A DNA stretch of 64,000 nt, taken from contig JAQGDQ010000344.1 in assembly GCA_030141605.1 (NCBI GenBank), positions 1-64,000 of the forward strand. The letters are read 5' to 3'. Source of the DNA: Tubiluchus corallicola (taxonomy: Eukaryota; Animalia; Priapulida). Made by a program: the position numbers and the translations under genes. A model generated the notes under the pieces. That model was not told the DNA's origin, searched no databases, and was given only the letters and a program-made list of their open reading frames with translations. How positions within the stretch are numbered: position 1 is the stretch's first letter; the number at the start of each line of letters is the position of its first letter. Of this stretch, positions 42,601 to 50,927 are shown one piece after another.

Positions 42601-45600
42601 CATTACATCCACCACACGGTCGTAAAGCACTGACCCACTCTGCTACATTGCGGAGAGACTGCTTGGTTACCTTTTGTGGATGCTTCCAACAAAGAAGAGG
42701 AGTGGTTTCCATGGCAACCACAAATACTTTTTGCTTCCTCGACAGCTGCTCACCAATCAGGTGCTGTAAGTGCAATTTTGTTAAAATATTGAAAAGGAAA
42801 ATATTTTTTCAAGAATGACGTATGTGAAGAAATTATCAAATTTCGTTATCGTAGTTTGCTAACTAATTGAATGATGTCACAATTGAACATAATTTTTTAA
42901 ATGCAAAAGCAAAAATTGAAGTATAGTGCTGTACAACACTGACTATGCCTGGTTCATGCCAAGTCAGCAAGTCTTACATTTAAAAATTTAAATTCCAAGT
43001 TTACCGCTGTACCAACATGCGTGTGTGGTACTGTACCCATTTTTTGTGCAATGTATTTCTGAGATGCAGGTGCTGTGTCCATCTAATGTAACTAATGAAT
43101 GGCGAAATGTATGTAACAACGAAAAGCTAACAGTGTGAATGTAAAGTTAAACTTCTGTGGTAATAATTCTAATACATAAGTCATTCTCCAAAAAACAATA
43201 TTTTGACTTTCAGTGTTTTATACACTACATCATTTTGAGCTACAATGTAACATTGGATGTGTTTTTTATCTAACCCTTTCACTACGTAGTTGCTATTTAA
43301 CTGGGCTGCACTGACTTGCACATTTAAAAATAACTTCTTGTGGTGTGTTACTAAAGCAGAATCTTGTAAATAAAAACAAATAGTGGTTTTTTATTAAACG
43401 CTAATATTTTAATTAGTTTTATTTATACCCATGCACACACATTAGCGCATACATACATGCACTCATGCACGCACACATAAGCACACCCACACAAATATGC
43501 CCGTACTTATATTTAGAAACCAATTTTCATAGAACGCATAGTACTAATCCATAATATGCAATTATTTTATAAGAATCACAGAAGAAGTAACTAAACATAC
43601 ATTTCACCAACCACCAACAAAAAATTATGCTTGAGAACATACTATACTGTACAGTACTATGAAATGCACCTGGCTTCGGAAGCTGATTGGCTGGTTAGCA
43701 TTACTTGTTGCATAGCAACCCCAACCCCATTGCATATACATTCTGACACAAATTTGATACATTAAATTATAATGAATCATACCATTGTATGCAAATCCTA
43801 TTTCTACCTTGTCTCTAATAATTAATGATAAGAAATTTATTACCAGAATAGAATCAAGATAAGGTTGCAGATGTCCCAAACTACAATGCGACTCTGACAT
43901 ATCAAAAAGAAGTCCAATTCTACTTCCAGGAATCACGCCAAAATACTTCCTTGTAGCTTGGAGAAGCCATTTAATTCTTTTTGTGTATAATTCGATTGTT
44001 CTGAAAAGCACACATGACATTAAGAAGAGTGAAGACAATAACTCCTTCATGAATGCACTATTCAAAATGGATTTTATAAGACCTTTGACGTTTCTACTAT
44101 TGTATGAGCACAGATATAATGTATATCTAATGTATGACTAAATGATTACAAATTAGGTACTGTTCTATTCAGGAGAATCTCGGTTATCTAATCATGCTAT
44201 TTTGAACATTTATAAGTGATTTAATTGGACGAAAGTAAGAAAAATACGCTCTTTTCAGACAACCAACATAGCCTATTGAGTAGTCTCTGGTGTACACTTG
44301 CGTGACCGTACACACTAATTTATTGATGTCCTGCTTGCTACAGCCCAAGCTGTGCAGAGTTCTGTTGCTATTCCAGGAAAATTAATCGATCAGCCAAGGA
44401 CACATTAAGGTCGTTTCATTTTCTAACAGAAATTTCTCCTTAAAACAGAGTAGACTTGAGGCCAAAGTGTATCAGAGTACAAAAATTTTCTGCATTAACG
44501 TATTTCACACAATTGAAGTAATATTGTGCATTGTTACAGTTGTAAACACTGCAGTTACTGAAAGTTTTTTCAATTTATTCAATCAACTGAAAAATCAATC
44601 TGTAATTTGCCTAATGTATGCAAATGCATTTCATGTATTATTCTGCATGAAAGTGCATTGTGTGACGAGTAGAAACCTATAAAAGTTATCAAATATAACG
44701 TAATCGCTGCTTAACGAGAGCAGTTTTTCATGAACCCATGCAAAATGCAGCAAACGCTGATGGTCCTGAAGTAAAAAAAATAAATCAGCATGAAAACGGT
44801 TAGGATGGGAAAGGCAAGAAAAATTTCTGTCAAAGCCAGGGGATGACTCTGCAGAGATCTTATACTTACAATCAATATAGTCTAATCTTATAAGCATTGG
44901 AAAAACATTTTAACATAAATAAATTCAGTAATGTGGAAACATGTCACATAATTTGACAATTATTCTTTTCAAATTCAACACCGGCAATAAAACAGAGATA
45001 ATTTTAAAAAAGAGAATAGCTCCCACTCTTTCCAAGAAGTTATAAAAGTTTCTCGTAAGACTCCGAAGATGGCCGTGGAAGCATTTTCTGTGGTTGTTCT
45101 TTGCGCAAGCTTGAAAAAAGTCAGGGGAGACTTATTTAGGTAACAACAACAATGCAGTGATATAGAATAACCCGCTTAAATTTAATCGAGCAAAAATAAA
45201 ATCTCGATAATTATTTTGCTATGTTAAGAGTGAATACATAAATATAAAATGTCTTCTCTCACTCACTCGTTAAGATGACACTCAAACTCATTGAGGTCGG
45301 TCTCATCAAAATGTACATCAGGTAAGATTTTCCCAGATTCAGTGCATTCTTGTGAACTGAAATTAAAAAAGAATCAGTTGTATATACAAGAAAATGTATG
45401 CCGTTGTGCAGAGCATAACTATTGCAAACCACCTCTAAAACAATTACAAGAATTACAGTGATTTTCTCAAGAAAAAATCAGCTGCAGGTGCGAGCCAATG
45501 AAAATAAGGCAGAATACATTGTACTGATAAAGAAGTTAGAGAACGAATTTCACGAATGTGGAAAACATGGGAAATAAACAAGTTCTACAAACGCCAACAA

Positions 45601-48414
45601 TCCCAATGCTAGGGCCTCCGATTTTCTGCAATCAAAGAAAACAGAGACTGACTGCACGCAAATGGGCAACTGAAATGGAAATAGCAACAAATAACTGATT
45701 TGCCTAATATGCGACTTTTCTGTAATTCACCTCACTTGGTTTATTCCAGTAAAATCAAACATTTTTCAGCCTTGTTAGAATTTCTCCCCCAAGTTTTATT
45801 TTTTTATGTGATTAGCACACCTCTATGTCGTTTCACGCTGTTTTTGCATTTGCCGTGAGTGAAGAGAAATACAGGAAATTTTTTAGTATCAGCTTATAAT
45901 GAATAGCAATACCCTTGTGAAAAGGTTTCTCATGTTCACGCAAACAGCACTTGGGCTATATCTCTAATTTCTGTGAAGTGGAACTGAAAGAGAACTGATG
46001 ATTCTTTGAAGAGGAAAATTGGAGGTCTCATAACACAGTTCATAAAATTATATCAAGATACAGATAGTACGTAAAACATACCGCATAAATTTATGTTTTT
46101 CATTATAATGTATATTTTTAGTGTCAGGTGAAACCAATTTTAAACAGGCACAAATGTGTATTTATTACTATTTATAACAAACGAAGCATAACTATTAAAT
46201 TTAATAAGCACAAGTCTGACCGTTTAAATTTTGTATCCAATATCTGAAAAAGTAATTACATACCTGAGATACCTAAGTAATAAAAACACGGCATTGTGTC
46301 AAAGCACTTCACACAAGAGTAACACTGTGCAATGCAGAAGAAATTAGTGCAGGATATAAGCATATCAGCAGCACACGTCTAGGCTATACAAAGTAAGAAA
46401 ATTTGAGACACTTTTTTACACACAAAGCTACGAGTAATGATATAATACTAAAAAAAGTAAAATGCAGCTTGATTAATATAATATAAGATAAGAAAACTAT
46501 AGATTAGGTCAGATACAATAACCATTTATATAAGGAAAGAAAGAACTTTTAAGCAGACAGTTTGCACAGATAGCAAGACATACTGAAAGCAGATGGTTTT
46601 GGAAAGATCTCGGCTCATTATCAAGCTCTTTGTCAGCTATTAATTTCACGAAAATAGCAAGAATCAGTATGCAATCATCAATCCATTTGCTGACCAGGCC
46701 TTGTATTGTTTAATTTCAACCAGATAGCACACACTATGACTATTTAGCTATAGTTTCCTTCTCCCCTTTTTAATAGCACAAGATGAGGAAACAGACCTAA
46801 AGTTGGCACCATCAATAACATCCACATTTATTACAAAATTTAATGGACGACAAACAGACTTTAGTAATGAACTTACAGCTTCATAATTCCTTTATCCACT
46901 AGAGAATCATAAGTTAGGTGAAGTGAATTAATGCTATGAGATTCTAACCATGACTGTGTTGTCTCTTCGCTATCAAATACAGTAGTGGTTTCTTTCAATT
47001 TCTAGAAAAACAAAGCATGTAAACTTTTTTCAACACAACTCAAAATTATTTATAACCTTACTATCAAGATTAATTATAATTAACAATGGGTGCAACTGTT
47101 AAATTTGTAAAATCAAGCATGATCAAAAGAGAGGAAATGAAAATTATATTTTCTTGTAATTCATCACTGCAGTTAGATTTCCTTTAAAAAATTAAATAAT
47201 TGCAGGGTTATTTTATCATTATTTTCAATTTCTAAATTCTTATTAAATAGTACTAAAGGGTAAAGCAACATTAGAGTTGACAATGAAGTACCCAGTTAAG
47301 CTTTAATGCATCACATCTTCATTTGACGTTACATTCACACCTCGGTTGCTGGACCTCGCTTTTATGGATAAAGCAAAAAATTGGACAAAGTCTAGATCCT
47401 TAAGTCTCGCATACTACGAACACAGTCCATTATTTCGCGAGCTGACTGCTAGTTGGTGGATAGTCACTTTGTTTACATTATTACATCAGTGCAACCAAGC
47501 AGCGTGTAACGACACGTGTGTAGTTTGTATGTCAGGCGGGCCTGTACTAGATGTTTTTGAGACAGTTAAGCGATTGATTCTACATTACCGTGAGTCTAAT
47601 ACACGGCGCCTACTGTATTAGCTTAGTATCAGTAAATACGGACAATCGGCAAATTCGGACCGACATGTCCCCGCTTTTGTCCGGCAAACTGAGATATGAG
47701 AGTAGTTCAATAATATTTCTGGTAATAAGAAAACAGTCAGATATGACTTAGGGTAAGCTACATGAACATGACAATGTATATGTGTAGAGGACACCATCAA
47801 GAATGTAGACAACAAGCAGTCAGTTCTGCCTCTAGGAGATTTGACTGTAGTTTCCTGCAAATTTATGAACACTGAGTGCTCAATGTTTATGCAAAAATAT
47901 AATAAAAATGTTGGTTATCTGCTACATAATTGATGCAATGCATGACCAAGCGTAATAAATGCTTGTCTACATTTGTCATCGCACTATAAACGAGTTGAAC
48001 CAGCTTGTACAAGTTTTGATATTAGATTTAACTTTTTCAATAATTCCTATTTTTAATTTTCCTAAATAAAATTCAATTTTAAAGATAAATTTTTGCTGAC
48101 TATGCAAACAAAATAGTCTAACAATATACGTATAAGCTATTTTAACACTAGCCTTTAAGATACATTTGCAAAATTTAAGTTAACAGCCAGAAACTTACCA
48201 GCAAATCTTGGGTTTGATTAACATGTGTAATGATCATGTCGCTAGTAGAATATAAGGCTCGATCTTTCCGTAAATCTGTGTATGGAGCAAGTGAAGAAGA
48301 GGAAGCAAGAAAGTGATCAGCAACAGCCAAAGCTTTTCGGGAAGTAAAGGAATTAGAAGCAGCATAATGAGAACAATTACTACGCGCCTCCATTTGCGAG
48401 CAATAAATAAACAT
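24500..48414 (-). CDS. VWA3A: von Willebrand factor A domain-containing protein 3A-like; complete multi-exon gene span
   Basis: 20 exons join in frame (3507 nt, about 1168 aa). Hallmarks: IITHVNQTQDLL, LYQVLAPN, three WL..SR..FG/WG-VWA repeats, LQSAWRW, LTGGRYH. Confidence 0.92.
25216..25491 (-). CDS. VWA3A: VWA3A coding exon 19
   Basis: VALQGQIVDAVYLLAGNVD...IHTIAM...LSRLTGGRYH. Confidence 0.92.
25947..26091 (-). CDS. VWA3A: VWA3A coding exon 18
   Basis: FNLIAFSDDSVKWKETL...EATDWIHKLQPGKGIDILQALK. Confidence 0.92.
26775..26919 (-). CDS. VWA3A: VWA3A coding exon 17
   Basis: GSRKTFGVIAEKRVCILIDVSSPQTSFLDQLKEDLTVLLWDQLRQERT. Confidence 0.93.
26969..27322. mobile_element. MITE family G copy
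   Basis: Both TIRs present; colinear with 13008-13427. Confidence 0.85.
27735..28383. mobile_element. MITE family A, reversed copy
   Basis: Both TIRs present; reverse complement of 41773-42420. Confidence 0.9.
28658..28916 (-). CDS. VWA3A: VWA3A coding exon 16
   Basis: WLKLNGLKSKNL...PSISVNGKIRHL...FVQRALWLLT. Confidence 0.9.
29088..29795. mobile_element. pogo/Tigger-like MITE family K
   Basis: TIR ca(g/a)taagtcctcgctt / aagcgaggacttact. Copies at about 52024-52240 (reversed, internally deleted) and 59491-59780 (partial). Confidence 0.85.
30296..30517 (-). CDS. VWA3A: VWA3A coding exon 15
   Basis: RVTQSMAESTQRPNTAPSVP...QMTSYE; low-complexity linker, phases fit. Confidence 0.8.
30585..30785. 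repeat. Degenerate (TAACCC)n telomere-like array
   Basis: About 30 imperfect CCCTAA/CCTAAT units. Confidence 0.85.
30964..31102 (-). CDS. VWA3A: VWA3A coding exon 14
   Basis: CTSLLEGEKSKRG...PRPTACSLGRQ. Confidence 0.82.
31336..31519 (-). CDS. VWA3A: VWA3A coding exon 13
   Basis: ...ELSRCGSGTFHSVVNDTVLESDEVNLIKQEIDKA. Confidence 0.85.
31640..31900 (+). mobile_element. SINE-like element with a tRNA-like 5' end and 5S rRNA-derived segment
   Basis: tagccaagtggt (A box), then ccgaagttaagaaacgccgaggctaatcagtgaatggctagtgacagcctg, which resembles the 5S internal control region. Confidence 0.55.
32313..32554 (-). CDS. VWA3A: VWA3A coding exon 12
   Basis: WLLTQRFHGGRNAMGAFR...VYLFTTGTPDQ. Confidence 0.9.
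32677..33040 (-). mobile_element. tRNA-like segment flanked by a ~33-bp direct repeat
   Basis: aattaattat..tgtgattgccagaattt at both ends; B-box-like gggttcaaatc on the minus strand near 32790. Confidence 0.5.
33267..33888. mobile_element. MITE family B copy
   Basis: Colinear with 916-1536, e.g. cacatctgaactga..gtacagcac and gggtccagtttt. Confidence 0.75.
33952..34146 (-). CDS. VWA3A: VWA3A coding exon 11
   Basis: VWLLLDWSVYN...ENLQSAW. Confidence 0.92.
34388..34770. mobile_element. MITE family G copy, right end truncated
   Basis: Left TIR and body present; stops just before the VWA3A exon 10 donor. Confidence 0.8.
34776..34951 (-). CDS. VWA3A: VWA3A coding exon 10
   Basis: GFLTEVTWENGSTRYLHID...YEERIAWLLDGSRLYWGTI. 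Confidence 0.92.
35143..35938. mobile_element. MULE/foldback-like element with 15-bp tandem units in the TIRs
   Basis: (gacatttgggcacga)n on the left, (tcgtgcccaa...)n on the right; imperfect 9-bp TSD gactacata/tactacaca. Confidence 0.75.
36030..36133 (-). CDS. VWA3A: VWA3A coding exon 9
   Basis: RGLELYQVLAPNTYPALEQFVPIIDKTVKSKVHK. Confidence 0.9.
37306..38215. mobile_element. Tc1/mariner-type MITE with an internal minisatellite
   Basis: TA|CAGGGTGTCTCAAAAGTCACTA ... TAGTGACTTCTGAGACACCGTG|TA. Confidence 0.85.
37560..37955. repeat. 29-bp minisatellite, about 13 copies
   Basis: caatgtagtttttcaataaggtacagcga in tandem. Confidence 0.95.
38318..38465 (-). CDS. VWA3A: VWA3A coding exon 8
   Basis: VQEAAGRAPQ...SSHDWLEIHGLR; the acceptor is AAG. 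Confidence 0.85.
38967..39304. repeat. 47-49-bp minisatellite, about 7 copies
   Basis: atttaaccgttaatctgctgytataaatgctgaacatgccagttagcac in tandem. Confidence 0.95.
39565..39709 (-). CDS. VWA3A: VWA3A coding exon 7
   Basis: STSDDHVYESDEIIALVDEIKAAK...ELNK. Confidence 0.9.
40100..40635. repeat. CA-rich degenerate minisatellite (unit about 19 bp)
   Basis: Recurring accacctacaccacacgac-like units. Confidence 0.85.
41155..41280 (-). CDS. VWA3A: VWA3A coding exon 6
   Basis: QLWCGRMLPRLNTCAYNC...LKQLASLTGGTYHCY. Confidence 0.9.
41773..42420. mobile_element. MITE family A copy
   Basis: Both TIRs present, TA flanks. Confidence 0.9.
42492..42763 (-). CDS. VWA3A: VWA3A coding exon 5
   Basis: HLIGEQLS...GGCNVLQALK...LVLGSTPDQ. 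Confidence 0.93.
43844..44000 (-). CDS. VWA3A: VWA3A coding exon 4
   Basis: TIELYTKRIKWLLQATRKYFGVIPGSRIGLLFDMSES. Confidence 0.92.
45267..45356 (-). CDS. VWA3A: VWA3A coding exon 3
   Basis: SQECTESGKILPDVHFDETDLNEFECHLN; phases match the neighbouring exons. Confidence 0.8.
46877..47001 (-). CDS. VWA3A: VWA3A coding exon 2
   Basis: KLKETTTVFDSEETTQSWLESHSINSLHLTYDSLVDKG. Confidence 0.85.
47332..47702. mobile_element. MITE family G, reversed copy
   Basis: Both TIRs present, with TA flanks. Confidence 0.85.
48199..48414 (-). CDS. VWA3A: VWA3A coding exon 1 (start may instead be the ATG at 48393)
   Basis: ...DMIITHVNQTQDLL, donor GTAAGT. Exon acceptor near 48560. Confidence 0.8.
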
Positions 48415-49599
48415 TGATCATTTACTGCTCTACATGTGGAGTTCATATATATGTGGCAAATGAGTTTAACAGGTTGTGCAGACAGATTAATGTTCTTAAT
48501 GGATTTTTGAACAATACAACAGATCGCTTCTTGCCTAATCCCACTTTCATTTCTAGAACCTGAAACACAAAATTATATTTTTATCATGACAGATTTCCTA
48601 TCCTGTATAATATACTGTGAGACACCCATGTTTAGTAGAACACTAAGTTAGATCAGATAAATTCTATTAAATGCGTGTTTTAGTTGAAATTTTCTTAATT
48701 AAAATTTCACAATAAATGATACATTCAACAATAAAATATGTAAATTAATAAATAATTAATAAGCAATCAGGCCAATATTATGAATTCATATTAGACACGA
48801 CAAACAGGTCTTATTTGAAGCAGCATTAGCTCATCCAATGAGGCAAGCAGCTTTATTGCACAAGAGTAGTGGAAACAAAAGCGGGAAGTTGCTAGAAGTC
48901 TACTGGCATATTAACATGGAATAATAACAGTATGATGATGTAATGAGGTATCAGAGTGACAAAAACAATGGTCAAACAACTTTCTATGTACATATGTGTG
49001 TGCCAATTAATTTTGACTTATTAACTATAGTAAAAATGTGTACTGCTGATTGGTATAATGTTGTGCATTTACTAATGTAATAATTTATAGTGACTGTTAT
49101 GCTGTGGAAATAAAATATCTGGAAACTTCTTAAAAGTTACTTTTAAAATGATGTTGTTGTTAGTCTTTAATATGATAAAATTTCTGTTTAAATAACTTGC
49201 ATTTTTCAGTCAAGATGCTAAGCACAAGCTTACATTATGTAAGTATAAAGCTATTACTATTACTATTATTATACTACTACTAGCACTTAGTAGCGGTAGC
49301 ACAGTAAGTATTACTAAAAATAATGAGTATAGTAGTAACGTACATTAATAATAGATGTTAGGATATTTAATTAAAGAGAGTAATAAAAAAGAACTGGTCT
49401 TTTACACGTTTTGTGGCTTGAAGACGATAACAATATAAACCAAAAAGTAATCCCAAAAATTAAAACACAAAAAATCAAAATTAAAAATGATATATCGTCA
49501 TCATTATCGCATGCCCGTTACGTCAATTGTAGACATTGGGCAGGCAGGATTCTAAAATAGAAGAAATGATGCAAAAAAACTGAAAAACACCGGAATACC

Positions 49600-49930
49600 A
49601 TCATTTATTTACCTTAGTTACCAAAACAAGAGAACGCGACTGATCCGTGGCGCTACCTAGCAGTAGTTTACAGATGGTGCAATCCGCGTTACGCTATGGT
49701 AGTACCGTAGTAGTAAGGTATAAGTAATTCATAATTTTTATGTACTACAGTTTCGTAAAGTTTAGAAAGAATAATTATTGTCCTTAATTCAACCGATTTT
49801 TGCTTAGATACTTATCTTGAAGAATAGCTAAATGTCGGAATGCGTGACGACTGAAGCTGAACAGTTTGGTGCCTTTTAGTTTTATAGTTTTAAGGATAAG
49901 CCTATCTGTTTACCTCAAAGAGGTTAGTGT
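49600..49930. promoter_or_regulatory. Candidate bidirectional promoter region for VWA3A and ERCC6
   Basis: Lies between the divergent genes and is locally CpG-richer. Candidate first-exon donors at 49612 (minus) and 49713, 49718 or 49923 (plus). Confidence 0.45.
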
Positions 49931-50583
49931 CTTAATGATATAGCCTATCGGTATTGGCTCTCACGTCTGTAAAAGTCTTAATTTCTGTTGTGGCAGTAAG
50001 TGGGGTAGGTTTGCGTAAAACTATGTAAAGCTTTGTATAAACTACATATAAAAATTAATGACATTATGTATTTGAGCACACAAAAGAATTGTTTATGATA
50101 ATTAATGTTATATAATAAGAATGCTAAAGTTGTCGTTGCGATAGACATATACATAGACATTTTTTATTTATCTCGTCATTGATATCATTGCGATAATGTC
50201 GTTTATAATTAAATTATTCGGAATCGGCATTTTCAAAGCCCGGAAAAATTGTTTACAATTTAAATATTGTTTTTTAAATTGTAGAAAGCCAAAAAAAAGG
50301 GAAGCTCAAAAAGGTCAAAGATTTCTGCATATAGATAATATAGTCAGTGTAGCTAGTAATTACTTTCTATCTATAATCTTATCTAGTGCCTTTATAGTGT
50401 ATAAATTTATTAATGGAGATATATATTTTTTAATAATAGGGGCCTACAGTAAGCATATTTTCATACTGTTTAACATGCAGTATTGACTGAGCATTACATT
50501 GAGAGAGAAGAATAGAACTTGACGTGGAGATTTAAACTGCCACAGCCCGTTTATCATGATTGTTTGCTGTAAAAGAAGCTAAC

Positions 50584-50927
50584 ATGGAGTCACCTAAAGC
50601 GGAGGACATTAATTCTTTGGCAGCCGCGGACAGCAGAATTAGCACCGATGCTGCTGAATCAAAAGCCAGTGGCTCTCAGTCTGCAACTAGCACAAGCGCA
50701 CCTGCAGGCACTGTCACCGTAAAAAAGTTTAGCATTGACCGATCGCAAATAGCTTTAGCGAGACAATGCTCATCAGAGTTGCAAGAGCTGGAGCTGAACG
50801 TTTACAATCAAGATGATTTTGAGGAAGGTGTTATGGCTCAGCTCAACAAGGTTGTTGATGATGACGACAAGGAGAGAATCGACAGGCTGTTGGAGGTAGA
50901 ACGAAAAAATGTCTCACAGCAGTTGAG
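50584..50927 (+). CDS. ERCC6: ERCC6 coding exon 1
   Basis: MESPKAED...SQQLR, donor GTGAGT. Confidence 0.9.

Noticed and set aside
47780-47860. VEDTIKNVDNKQSVLPLGDL, faintly like a LINE endonuclease GDFN region, or a minus-strand cassette exon
   Set aside because: Too short and degenerate to support either reading.
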